64,000 nucleotides of DNA from assembly GCA_963776345.1 (NCBI GenBank), contig CAVZMH010000018.1:1-64000 (forward strand). Direction: 5' to 3'. Source of the stretch: an uncultured delta proteobacterium. Its GTDB lineage: Bacteria > Myxococcota > Myxococcia > Myxococcales > Myxococcaceae. This document shows positions 53,722 to 64,000 of the stretch, piece after piece. Position 1 is the first letter of the stretch. Every line of letters begins with the position of its first letter. A program made the position numbers and the translations under genes. The notes below the pieces were generated by a model that was not told where the DNA came from, ran no database searches, and saw only the letters and a list, made by a program, of their open reading frames with translations.

Positions 53722-55122
53722 ATGGCCTCAGCCCGCATCCTGGTGGTGGACGACGAGCCGAACGCCCGGGGCGCGCTCCGGACCATCCTGACCGAGGAGG
53801 GCTACACCGTCAGCGAGGCCGGGGACGGGGTGGAGGCCCTGTCCGTCCTCCGCAGCGCCGGGGCGGACGTGGTCCTGGCGGACGTGCGGATGCAGCGGAT
53901 GGACGGGCTCACCCTGCTCCGCGAGGCGCGCGAGAGCGGCATCGACGCGGTGTTCGTGGTGATGACCGCCTTCGGCTCCATCGAGATGGCCGTGGAGGCG
54001 ATGCGGGCCGGGGCCGAGACCTTCCTGGTCAAGCCGCTGGACGAGCGGGCGGTGCTGGTGGTCATCGAGAAGGCGCTGGAGAAGCGCCACCTGGTCCAGG
54101 AGGCGGCCAGCCTGCGCGCCCGGGTCCGCGAGCGCGTCCACTTCGACAACATCGTCGGCGACAGCCCGGCGCTCCGGGAAGTGTTCGAGGTCGTCCAGCG
54201 GGCGGCCCCCACCCGGGCCAACGTTCTCATCCTCGGCGAGTCCGGGACCGGGAAGGAGCTCATCGCCCAGGCGCTGCACGAGCTCTCGCCCCGCAAGGAC
54301 CGGCCCTTCGTCCGGGTGAACTGCGGCGCGCTCACCGAGACCCTGCTCGAGTCCGAGCTCTTCGGGCACGAGCGGGGCGCCTTCACCGGAGCGGTGACCC
54401 GGCGCGAGGGCCGCTTCGAGCGCGCCGACGGAGGCACGCTCTTCCTCGACGAGATCGGCGACGTCTCCCCGGCGGTGCAGGTGAAGCTGCTCCGGGTGCT
54501 GCAGACCCGCGAGTTCGAGCGGGTGGGTGGGACCGAGACCCTGAAGGTCGACGTCCGGCTGCTCACCGCCACCAACAAGGACCTCGCGGCGGAGGTGGCC
54601 GCGGGCCGCTTCCGCGAGGACCTCTTCTACCGGCTGAACGTCATCTCGGTGACCCTGCCGCCGCTCCGGGCGCGCAAGGGTGACATCCCGGCGCTGGTGT
54701 CACACTTCGTCCGGCGCTTCACCGAGGCGCACGGGAAGAAGATCCAGGGCCTCGCCCCGGGCACGCTCCAGGCGCTGCTCCGGCACGACTGGCCCGGGAA
54801 CGTGCGCGAGCTCGAGAACTCCATCGAGCGGGCGGTGGTGCTGGCCCAGGGGCCCTACCTCACCACCGACGACCTGCCCCCCACCGTGCTGGGCGCCCGG
54901 CCGTCCGATCGGCCGATGAGCAGCCTCATCCCCGGCGGCACCTGGCAGGAGATCGAGAAGCAGGCCATCCTCCGGACGCTCGAGGTGGTCGGCGGTTCGA
55001 CCTCCCGCGCCGCCGCGATGCTGGGCATCAGCACCCGCACCATCCAGTACCGGCTCAAGCAGTACGCGCAGGAGCGCGAGGAAGCCGTCGCGCCGAGCCC
55101 CGGAAACGGCCCGGAGAGCTGA
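53722..55122 (+). CDS. nmpR: NtrC-family sigma54 enhancer-binding response regulator (NmpR-like)
   Basis: Receiver, GESGTGKE, GAFTGA, WPGNVRELEN, Fis HTH; symbol rests on context. Confidence 0.88.
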   Translation: MASARILVVDDEPNARGALRTILTEEGYTVSEAGDGVEALSVLRSAGADVVLADVRMQRMDGLTLLREARESGIDAVFVVMTAFGSIEMAVEAMRAGAETFLVKPLDERAVLVVIEKALEKRHLVQEAASLRARVRERVHFDNIVGDSPALREVFEVVQRAAPTRANVLILGESGTGKELIAQALHELSPRKDRPFVRVNCGALTETLLESELFGHERGAFTGAVTRREGRFERADGGTLFLDEIGDVSPAVQVKLLRVLQTREFERVGGTETLKVDVRLLTATNKDLAAEVAAGRFREDLFYRLNVISVTLPPLRARKGDIPALVSHFVRRFTEAHGKKIQGLAPGTLQALLRHDWPGNVRELENSIERAVVLAQGPYLTTDDLPPTVLGARPSDRPMSSLIPGGTWQEIEKQAILRTLEVVGGSTSRAAAMLGISTRTIQYRLKQYAQEREEAVAPSPGNGPES

Positions 55123-55192
55123 CAAGGTCGGGCGGAGCGGCCGTTGAACGGCGCCGCCCCACCCTGTTGCCCCGGCCAGGGGGGCCTTCAGC

Positions 55193-55480
55193 TCAGGTGA
55201 ACCGCGGCCGCTCCCGGTTCCGCAGCTGGAACCGGGCGACGAACACCGTGACCACCGCGCCCAGGCCTGCGAACAGCAGAGCCGGGCTCACCACGCCCAT
55301 CTCGCCCGAGAACGGGCCGGGAACGAGGATCCGTCCGATCAACCCGCCCACGATCCCGCCGAAGGCGCCGATCCCGAGGGCGCGCAGCCAGGTCAGACCT
55401 TCGGTCCGCCAGAAGGCAGCCACCAGCACCCCCACCGCTGCGCCGAGAACAAGCCAGCTCAAGAGCTCGAAGACCGTCAT
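55193..55480 (-). CDS. GlsB/YeaQ/YmgE family membrane protein
   Basis: WLVLGAAVG, LGIGAFGGIVGGLI, LGAVV. Confidence 0.8.
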   Translation of the reverse strand: MTVFELLSWLVLGAAVGVLVAAFWRTEGLTWLRALGIGAFGGIVGGLIGRILVPGPFSGEMGVVSPALLFAGLGAVVTVFVARFQLRNRERPRFT

Positions 55481-55583
55481 TGCCTACCGCCACCTTTCCA
55501 CGACCGCTGGTGTGCATCGGCTGTGCGCGAGGCAAAACGTCCAGGAATTCGATGACGCTGCCGGGGCCGGCCGGTCTCGGAGG

Positions 55584-55628
55584 GTGCACGAATTGCGGTG
55601 CGCCTGCTCCGGAACGCAAGCACTGCGG
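55584..55628. promoter_or_regulatory. Pair of GCA-N5-TGC boxes upstream of the GlsB-like gene
   Basis: GTGCA-CGAAT-TGCGG (55584-55598) and ACGCA-AGCAC-TGCGG (55614-55628). Confidence 0.6.
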
Positions 55629-55669
55629 CCCCGGCAGATCGGTCAGCCCGATTGCCTCATCCGTCGGAG

Positions 55670-56155
55670 TCAGACCTTGGCGGCCTTCTCCACGGTCACC
55701 GGGATCTTCTTCGGCTGCACCGCCGGCAGCTTCGGGAAGACGATGGTGAGCACGCCGGCGCTGAGGTTGGCCTGCACTGCGCTCAGGTCCGCGCCGTCCG
55801 GCAGGGTGAACGAACGGGTGAAGCGGCCGTAGGTCCGCTCACGGGCGTAGTACTCACCCTCCTCCTTCTCCGTCTTGTCCACCCTGGTGCCGGTGATGGT
55901 CAGCCTGTTCCCGGTGAGGTTGACCTCGACGTCCTTGGCCTCCACGCCCGGCAGGTCGGCGAGGAAGACGAACCGGTCCTTGGTCTCCCGCACCTCGAAG
56001 GGAGGGGTCACCCGGTGCACGTCCACCGGAAGCAGCGGGGCCATCTCCTGGAACGGATCCCAGGCGAGCAGCTCGCGGAGCGAGCGGATCGGGTGGAACG
56101 GGGTCAGCGCCGGTAGCTCGGTGCTCGGGGTCCGGCGCACGATGAGATCGTTCAT
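55670..56155 (-). CDS. Hsp20/alpha-crystallin small heat-shock protein
   Basis: ADLPGV, ERTYGRFTRSFTLP, GVLTIVFPK; GGAGG RBS. Confidence 0.95.
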   Translation of the reverse strand: MNDLIVRRTPSTELPALTPFHPIRSLRELLAWDPFQEMAPLLPVDVHRVTPPFEVRETKDRFVFLADLPGVEAKDVEVNLTGNRLTITGTRVDKTEKEEGEYYARERTYGRFTRSFTLPDGADLSAVQANLSAGVLTIVFPKLPAVQPKKIPVTVEKAAKV

Positions 56156-56202
56156 GACGTCCTCCACTGGCCCACTGACAGATCGGGCCAGCGATCGCTC
56201 GC

Positions 56203-56356
56203 AGCATTTTCCGAGCCACGCGTGCTGCGCCGCGGCACGGAAGGGATGGAGTGCAAGCCGTTCGCAACGTCCACGAGCGGCGTGGCCCGCAAGGAGAACT
56301 GCTCCGACACATCGAGCGAATCTGATGCGCTCCGCGCGATCGGTACGCTCGGTGCA
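56203..56356. promoter_or_regulatory. Divergent sigma54 promoter pair with a near-consensus box
   Basis: TGGCTCGGAAAATGCT (minus, 56203-56218); CGGTACGCTCGGTGCA (plus, 56341-56356); GCGAA-N5-TGCGC at 56316-56330. Confidence 0.65.
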
Positions 56357-56393
56357 AGACCGATCCACTGCACCCTGGTGGAGACGGAGCGAC

Positions 56394-56702
56394 ATGAGCC
56401 GCGCGTTCGAGGTGGACTGGACGGGCACGAAGGAGGAAGGGCCGGTGTTTCGCGCCGGTCGCGAGTTCGGTGTGACCGAGGCAGCCGAGCTGCGGCAGCG
56501 CCTGACCGAGCTGGGCGCGCGCGTGCCGGTCCGGGTGGACTTCACCCGGACCGTGGACCTGTCCGACCATGCGCTCGCCGAGGTGCTGGAGTGGGTGGTG
56601 GACCGGCACCGCGGCCAGGTCTCCCTCGTGGGGCTCAACGCGCACCACGAACGGATGCTCCGCTACCTCGTGCCCCGTGCGGCGCCGGCGCTGCCGCCCT
56701 GA
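56394..56702 (+). CDS. Small STAS-like domain protein
   Basis: VRVDFTRTVDLSDHALAEV...VSLVGLNAHHERMLRYL; GGAG RBS. Confidence 0.7.
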   Translation: MSRAFEVDWTGTKEEGPVFRAGREFGVTEAAELRQRLTELGARVPVRVDFTRTVDLSDHALAEVLEWVVDRHRGQVSLVGLNAHHERMLRYLVPRAAPALPP

Positions 56703-56778
56703 CCTGGGGCGCGTCGTTGCGCCGCCCCCGCCCTCGTGGGTCGCTCGGCCGGCGCGGACCCTCGAGCGAGGACCTCTC

Positions 56779-57384
56779 ATGACCCCGAGCCGTCGATCGC
56801 CGCATCACCGCGCGCTGGCGCTGTCCATCCTCCTGCTCGCGGCCTGCGCGCACGCGCCTCCCCCGCCGCCGGAGCCGACCGCCGCACCCTCTCCAGGCGC
56901 GACGCCCATCCCGGAGTCGCAGCGGTCGGCGCTGGCCGGGACCTGGGTCTACGCCGGCGGCGACGCCGAGCTGGCCCAGGTGAACGCGGCCGTGGAGCGC
57001 GCGACGGCGGACATGGGCTTCCTCGCGCGGGGCTTCGCCGCCGAGGCGCTGCGGGCCCGTGCCCGTCCCCGCGACCGGTACACGCTCTCGTTCCAGGGGT
57101 CGGAGGTCAGCATCGCCTCGCCCGACCACCCGACGGAGCGCGGGGAGGTGGGCGGTCCGCCGGTGACCATCACCGACCGCTTCGGCGACGAGAACCAGAC
57201 CACCTTCCAGCTCCGCGAAGGCGCCCTGGTCTCGTCGGGCAAGGGCACCGACGGCTCGGGCGAGACGGTCTTCACGCCCGGCGCCGACGGCCGGACCCTC
57301 CGCGTCCACCGCCTGATGCTCAGCGGGCGGCTCTCGGCGCCGGTGGACGTGACGCTCAGCTACCGCCGTGAGGGCGCACCCTGA
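56779..57384 (+). CDS. Hypothetical lipoprotein
   Basis: LLAAC lipobox, Pro linker, LAGTW beta-barrel-like body. Confidence 0.75.
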   Translation: MTPSRRSPHHRALALSILLLAACAHAPPPPPEPTAAPSPGATPIPESQRSALAGTWVYAGGDAELAQVNAAVERATADMGFLARGFAAEALRARARPRDRYTLSFQGSEVSIASPDHPTERGEVGGPPVTITDRFGDENQTTFQLREGALVSSGKGTDGSGETVFTPGADGRTLRVHRLMLSGRLSAPVDVTLSYRREGAP

Positions 57385-57493
57385 TCCACGGCCCGGGACG
57401 GCGCTCCCCTCGACGCGCTCATTGCGCTGAACCGGTCGAGCGCTAGTCCGCCTGTGCTTGCCCGGGCGGGGCAGGCGGAGGAACTTGCCGCTC

Positions 57494-58882
<1,389 letters not shown>

Positions 58883-58928
58883 CGTTCCGTTGCGCCGTGG
58901 ACCGCGGTCCCGGGATACGCTTCGTGGG

Positions 58929-59084
58929 ATGCGCTTCTCCCGCCTCCTTGCCGCCATCGTCCTCTGCGCCTCGTCGGCCGCGCTCGCCGATGACTTCACC
59001 GCCTCCAAGACCGGGCTCATGTACGAGGCGAGCGTGGGCGGGCAGAAGTTCGGCTACCAGCCCTTCGGCGCGAAGAAGAAGTGA
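58929..59084 (+). CDS. 51-aa secreted peptide resembling the C-terminus of YSC84/SYLF proteins
   Basis: Signal peptide, then FTASKTGLMYEASVGGQKFGY; stop overlaps the next GTG. Confidence 0.6.
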   Translation: MRFSRLLAAIVLCASSAALADDFTASKTGLMYEASVGGQKFGYQPFGAKKK

Positions 59085-59862
59085 GCCCGAGCGAGCTCGT
59101 CCCGCGCCCCGCGGAGCGCGGCGCCGAGTGGGGCAAGACGCCTCCGCGCAGCGAGGAGCACGCCTTCCTCGCCGGGCCGCGGAACCGCCCGCTCGAGCTG
59201 CTCTGGGTGCTCCGCACCGCGCCGAGTTCCTCCGCTGCTTCCGGCAGCTCCACTTCGTGGGTCCGTGCGTGACGGTGTTCGGCTCGGCGCGGTTCCCCGA
59301 GGGACACCCGGCCTATTCGCTCGCTCGCCGGATGGGAGCGGCGCTGTCCCAGGCCGGCTTCACGGTGATGACCGGCGGCGGCCCCGGGCTGATGGAGGCG
59401 GCGAACCGTGGCGCGAAGGAGGCCGGAGGCGCCTCGGTGGGCTGCAACATCGCGCTCCCGGTGGAGCAGCGGCCCAACGCCTACCTGGACCGGTGGGTGG
59501 AGACGCGCTCGTTCTTCGTCCGCAAGGTGGTGCTGGCGAAGTACTCCTACGCCTTCGTGGCGGCGCCCGGAGGCCTCGGCACGCTGGACGAGATCTTCGA
59601 GGTGGCGGTGCTGGTGCAGACGGGGAAGATCCGCGACTTTCCCCTGGTGCTCCTCGGGGTGGAGCACTGGCGGCCGCTCCTGGACTTCCTGCGCGAGCGC
59701 CTGGTCCCGGCGGGGACCATCGACGCGGCGGACGTGGAGCGCTTCTGGCTGACCGACTCGCCCGAGGAGGCGGCGGAGTACGTACGGGAGCGAGCCCTGC
59801 AGAAGTTCGGGCTGAGCGCGGTGCCCCCGATGCGCCGGCGCTGGTGGCTCCTCGAGCGCTGA
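59081..59862 (+). CDS. LOG family (TIGR00730) nucleotide phosphoribohydrolase; frameshift near 59220
   Basis: VTVFGSAR, TGGGPGLMEAAN, PGGLGTLDE. Confidence 0.9.
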
Positions 59863-60029
59863 CGCCCCGGCGGGTCGCCGGCTCCTACCTGGCGCGTGGG
59901 AGGCGCATGGAGCGGGAGGCTACGACGGGAGCGTCTCCCATCTCGCGGGATGCAACGGGTCCCGGTCGACAGAGGAGGACGGCGCGTGACCTCGGCCACG
60001 CGCCGCCCGGACTGCCTTCGGTGAACGAC

Positions 60030-60449
60030 CTAGCTCTGGCTCGCGCCGCACTGGGCGCGGAAGTCGTGGAGCTTGCCCTGCGACGGCTCCAGCTTCAGCG
60101 CGCCCTGCACGTCCGAGACGAAGGCCATCGACGAGCCGTCCTGGCACTTGAGATCGGTGCCCGGCTGCACCTTCACCGTCACATCCTTGTCCGAGGGCAG
60201 GTTGTCGATCTGGTACGAGCAGCGGTTCTTGCTCGCGTGGATCGACGAGCGGCCCACCTGCTGGTCGCCCACGGTGGCCACCACCGCAAGGTTGTTGCAC
60301 ACGGCCGAGCCCGCCGTCGCCTCAGGGACGACGATCACGCCGGTCACGGAGCTGTTGTAGGTGTACTCCAGGCGCGGATCGACGCCGGAGGCGGAGGTGG
60401 CACAGGCCACGGCGCCGAGGAACGCGAGTGCTGCGATGACTGGCTTCAC
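60030..60449 (-). CDS. Hypothetical Cys-containing lipoprotein
   Basis: GGAG RBS, GTG start, AVAC lipobox. Confidence 0.75.
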   Translation of the reverse strand: MKPVIAALAFLGAVACATSASGVDPRLEYTYNSSVTGVIVVPEATAGSAVCNNLAVVATVGDQQVGRSSIHASKNRCSYQIDNLPSDKDVTVKVQPGTDLKCQDGSSMAFVSDVQGALKLEPSQGKLHDFRAQCGASQS

Positions 60450-60643
60450 GGTATCTCCCAAGGAAAAGTGATCGCGGCCGAGCCCACCGAAGTGGCCCCT
60501 TCCGCCTGCCCGTACGGTCCGGGTCGGGAGTTGATTGCGTCCCCGATCGGGGAACGGCAACCACAGTGCAGCGAGCGAGTGACCGGCACAGCGCTCGCTG
60601 CGGTCGCGACACCGTTCGCTGCGTGCGTTGCGGAGGAACAGGC

Positions 60644-62077
60644 GTGAGGCGCGCGTGGCCGTGGATCCGTGTGCTGCTTATTCTGCAGAGCCTCCGTCTC
60701 GTCGTCAGCTCGCTCTTCGAGCTCGTTCCGCAGGAGGCGTACTACCTCTTCTACGCGCGGCACCCTGCGCTCTCGTACTTCGACCACCCCGGTCTCCTCG
60801 CCTGGTGCCTCGCACTGCCGGCGCAGCTCCGCCCTCCACCGCCAGTGCTGGTCCGGCTGGTTCCCTTCCTCCTCGCCGCGGTCACCCTCGCGGGGATGGT
60901 CCGGCTGGCGCGCCGCTTCGTTCCCGCCGCGCCTGGCCGGGCGGTGTTGCTCCTCGCCACCACCGGCGCCTTCAGTGTGCTCGGCGTGGTGGCGTTGCCC
61001 GACGCGCCGCTGGTCGCCGCGTGGACCTGGACCCTCTGCTTCCTGGCCGAGGCGCTGCTCGAGGGTCGACCGGCGGCGTGGCTCCCGGCCGGCCTGTGCG
61101 CGGGCCTGGCGTTCGAGTCGAAGTACACCGGCGCCTTCCTCCTTCTCGGCGCGGGAGTGCTCCTCCTCGCGCTGCCTCGGGGCCGCCGGGCGCTCGGCAC
61201 CCCGTGGCCGTGGCTCGGCCTGGCGCTCGCCGCGCTCATCACCGCCCCGGTGTGGATCTGGAACGCCACGCACGGCTGGGCGTCGTTTCTCTTCCAGACC
61301 GCGGGGCGGGTGGAACATGCCCGTGGCCTCTCACCGTGGAACCTGCTCGGCCTCGTCGGCTCCGAGCTGGTCCTGGTGCTCCCGCCGCTCCTCTTCGTCT
61401 GGGGACGGGAGGCGGTGCGGGCCGTGCCGCGCGCCCTGCGCGGGACGCTGGACGAGGACGAGCTCTTCCTCGCCGTCTTCTCGCTCCTCCCGGCGGCGGT
61501 GCTGATCGGGGTGAGCCTCGGCGCGGTGGTGAAGCCCAACTGGCCCTTGCCCCTGTGGATCGCCGGCGTGCTGTGGGCGGCGCGCCGCTCCGGCCCGGCG
61601 CTGCTGCGCTGGAACGCCGCGGCGTCCGCGGTGGTGCATGCGCTGGTGCTGGTGGAGCTCTTCGCCTACCCGGTCCGGCTCGGCGACGACACCTGGGTCG
61701 GGTGGCGGTCGCTCCGGGAGCAGACCCAGGCCCGCCTCGGGCCGGGCGAGTTCGCGTTCTCCGCGGACGACTACAAGACCACCGCCGAGCTGCTGCTCGA
61801 CGGGCGGGTCGAGGCCTACGGACGCAACCTCCTCGGCCAGCCCGCGCTCCAGTTCGACTTCGTGGGGCTCGACGCCCGCGCGCTGGCCGGGCGCACCGGC
61901 CTGTTCCTGGACTCCGAGCCGCGCCGCTTCGACGACGCGCCGTCCGGGCCACCGCCTGCGGCGCTCGTCGAGCGCTGTGGCCGGGTGGTCGACGAGCCGC
62001 CGCTCCTCGTCCGGCGCGGAGAGCGCATCGTGCGCCGCTTCCGTGCCTGGCGCTGCGTGGACTACCGGCCGCCCTAG
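60644..62077 (+). CDS. Glycosyltransferase family 39 (ArnT/PMT-like)
   Basis: QEAYY, SYFDHPG, PDAPL, SKYTG, WN..HGWASF.FQ. Confidence 0.88.
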   Translation: MRRAWPWIRVLLILQSLRLVVSSLFELVPQEAYYLFYARHPALSYFDHPGLLAWCLALPAQLRPPPPVLVRLVPFLLAAVTLAGMVRLARRFVPAAPGRAVLLLATTGAFSVLGVVALPDAPLVAAWTWTLCFLAEALLEGRPAAWLPAGLCAGLAFESKYTGAFLLLGAGVLLLALPRGRRALGTPWPWLGLALAALITAPVWIWNATHGWASFLFQTAGRVEHARGLSPWNLLGLVGSELVLVLPPLLFVWGREAVRAVPRALRGTLDEDELFLAVFSLLPAAVLIGVSLGAVVKPNWPLPLWIAGVLWAARRSGPALLRWNAAASAVVHALVLVELFAYPVRLGDDTWVGWRSLREQTQARLGPGEFAFSADDYKTTAELLLDGRVEAYGRNLLGQPALQFDFVGLDARALAGRTGLFLDSEPRRFDDAPSGPPPAALVERCGRVVDEPPLLVRRGERIVRRFRAWRCVDYRPP

Positions 62078-63441
62078 ATCCAGGCGTCGAAGAGGTTGTT
62101 CAGCGACTCGGCCAGGCCGGGGTGGGGGAAGATGGCGTCCCGCAGCACGGTCCAGGGCAGGTCGCCCAGCATGGCGGTCTGCACCACCGAGGCCAGCTCG
62201 CCGCCCTCGAATCCCAGCGCCGAGAACCCGAGGATGCGATCCGTCCCGGCGTGGACCACCGCCCGGAGCAGCCCCCGGGTCTCGCCTGCCTCGATGGCCC
62301 GCGCCACGTGCGTCATCGGCAGGCGGGCCACCTTGATCGGCAGCCCCCGCGCCCGGGCCTCGGCCTCGGTGAGGCCCACCCGTCCGAGCTGGGGGTCGGT
62401 GAACAGCGTGTAGGGGACCAGCCGCCCCACCGGCGACCGCGCCGGCCCGCCGATCAGCTCCGCGCGGAGGACCCGGTAGTCGTCGTAGGAGACATGGGTG
62501 AACTGTGGCGCCCCGGTGACGTCTCCCACGGCGTACACGCCCTCTGCAGAGGTCCGCAGCTGCGCGTCCACCCGGATGAAGCCGTGCGCGTCCAGCGCCA
62601 CGCCGCCCACCCGACAGTCCAGCGCGTCCGAGTTCGGCGTCCGTCCCACCGCGACCAGGAGGTGCGTCCCCTCGAGCGCCGTGCCGCCGTCGAGCTCGAG
62701 GCGAACGCCCGCGCCGCCCGGGCCCACCCGCGTCGCGCGCGCGCCCAGGTGGAGCGAGATGCCCTCGCCGCGGAGGATGTCGGCCAGCGCCCCGGAGATG
62801 TCCTCGTCCTCGCGCGGGGCGAGGCGGTCCGCGGTCTCGACCACCGTCACCTCCGCGCCGAGCCGGCGGAACACCTGGCCCAGCTCGAGCGCGATGTAGC
62901 CACCCCCGAGCACCAGGAGGCGGGAAGGGAACTCGGGCAAGGTGAGGATCGACGAGGAATCGAGTGCCCGGACCGAGTCCAGCCCGGGAAGCGGGGGCTG
63001 GCGGGGCCGTCCTCCGGTGTCGAGCACCACCACCGGCGCAGAGTGCTCCTCGTCTGCGCCCTCGCCTCCGGTGACCAGGAGCCGCCGCGGGCCGACGAAG
63101 CGCGCCTCGCCGCGGAGCAGCGTCACGCCGCCGTCGCGGAGCCGCCGCTCGCCACCGGCCCGGAACTGGCTCACCACGGCCTGCGCGCGGTCGCGGACCG
63201 CCGCCCACCGGGTGCGGGGCGGCCCGGCGTCGATCCCGTACTCGGCGGCTCGGGCCGCCAGGGCGGCCACGCGCGCGCTCGCCACCAGGGTCTTGGTGGG
63301 CGTGCATCCGACGTTGATGCAGGTCCCTCCCACCTCGGCCCGCTCGATGAGCGCGGTCTTGCGGCCCGCCCGCGCCAGCGCCACCGCCAGCGGCACTCCC
63401 GCCTGACCGGAGCCGACCACCAGCGCATCCCAGGTCCGCAT
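62074..63441 (-). CDS. Class I pyridine nucleotide-disulfide oxidoreductase (mercuric-reductase-like, lacks MerA Cys pair)
   Basis: GSGQAG, GGTCINVGCTPTK, GGGYIALE, HPGLAE. Confidence 0.9.
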   Translation of the reverse strand: MRTWDALVVGSGQAGVPLAVALARAGRKTALIERAEVGGTCINVGCTPTKTLVASARVAALAARAAEYGIDAGPPRTRWAAVRDRAQAVVSQFRAGGERRLRDGGVTLLRGEARFVGPRRLLVTGGEGADEEHSAPVVVLDTGGRPRQPPLPGLDSVRALDSSSILTLPEFPSRLLVLGGGYIALELGQVFRRLGAEVTVVETADRLAPREDEDISGALADILRGEGISLHLGARATRVGPGGAGVRLELDGGTALEGTHLLVAVGRTPNSDALDCRVGGVALDAHGFIRVDAQLRTSAEGVYAVGDVTGAPQFTHVSYDDYRVLRAELIGGPARSPVGRLVPYTLFTDPQLGRVGLTEAEARARGLPIKVARLPMTHVARAIEAGETRGLLRAVVHAGTDRILGFSALGFEGGELASVVQTAMLGDLPWTVLRDAIFPHPGLAESLNNLFDAWI

Positions 63442-63553
63442 CGACACCGCACGTACCATGCCGAGGTCTGCGCGCACCACACAGCGGCGCCTCCCCTGCG
63501 CAGCGAAGCCACCTTGTTGTGCTCGCGCCGGGGCGGTCAGATCCGCTGGCCTC

Positions 63554-64000
63554 GTGAGACCCTCTCCGGTTTCCAACCGCAGCGCGCTCCGCGTCCTCCT
63601 GGTCGAGGACTCCGAGCCCGACGCGACCCTGATCGTGCACGCGCTCCAGACCGAGGGGCGGCTGGTGCGCTTCCACCGGGTGGACACCGCCGAGACGTTC
63701 CAGGAGGCGCTCCTGTCCGCGCCGTGGGACGTCATCGTCTCCGACCACCGGCTCCCGCAGTTCGACGCGCTGGAGGCGCTGGGGCGACTGCAAGAGAGCG
63801 GGCTGGACGTGCCCTTCATCCTGGTGTCGGGGACGGTGGACGAGGCCCACGCCGTCGCCGCGATGAAGGCCGGGGCGCACGATTACCTCATGAAGGACAA
63901 CCTCGCCCGGCTCGCGCCGGCGGTGGAGCGGGAGTGCGCCGAGGCGGCCCAGCGCGCCGCCCGGCGTCGCACCGACGCCGCGCTCCGCCGGAGCGAGATG
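63554..64000 (+). CDS. Receiver-domain protein, probably a hybrid kinase (runs off window)
   Basis: LRVLLVEDSEPD, VIVSDHRLP, FILVSG, AHDYLMKD; absent from the ORF track because there is no stop. Confidence 0.88.
   Translation, partial: MRPSPVSNRSALRVLLVEDSEPDATLIVHALQTEGRLVRFHRVDTAETFQEALLSAPWDVIVSDHRLPQFDALEALGRLQESGLDVPFILVSGTVDEAHAVAAMKAGAHDYLMKDNLARLAPAVERECAEAAQRAARRRTDAALRRSEM

Noticed and set aside
55513..55528. sigma54 promoter for the GlsB-like gene
   Set aside because: Reads CG-N10-GC, lacking the invariant GG; left uncalled although position and upstream boxes are suggestive.
62074..63441. merA mercury resistance
   Set aside because: No C-terminal Cys-Cys pair, no NmerA domain and no mer operon genes.

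Overview
High-GC DNA from a myxobacterium (Myxococcota-like; inferred from gene content and Cys-rich/PDAG lipoprotein linkers), with scattered indels that look like long-read errors. Four blocks. (1) 1-12.3 kb: right end of a lower-GC island inserted at a tRNA-Arg(UCG) gene. It holds the start of a BREX type 2/Pgl operon (HTH, unknown gene, pglW, pglX), a truncated ADP-ribosylglycohydrolase and a satellite-like module (primase-helicase, phage Dam-like MTase, RHH, candidate ori). It ends at an orphan 5' tRNA half, followed by a MOSC cassette bounded by an 18-bp tRNA-derived direct repeat. (2) 12.4-41.8 kb: a PAS kinase and a small operon, then an alpha-glucan utilisation locus (MalKEFG, five GH13 enzymes, DOMON-like proteins, lipoproteins, an uncharacterised outer-membrane barrel). 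(3) 41.9-56.7 kb: an NmpRSTU/AfGcHK-type globin-kinase O2-sensing system. Neighbouring genes share sigma54 promoters and GCA-N5-TGC palindromes, including a NapH/NapG-like module feeding a non-Nap molybdoenzyme. (4) 56.8-64 kb: ordinary housekeeping genes. No CRISPR array, rRNA or intact tRNA. All calls are by motif recognition; no searches were run.
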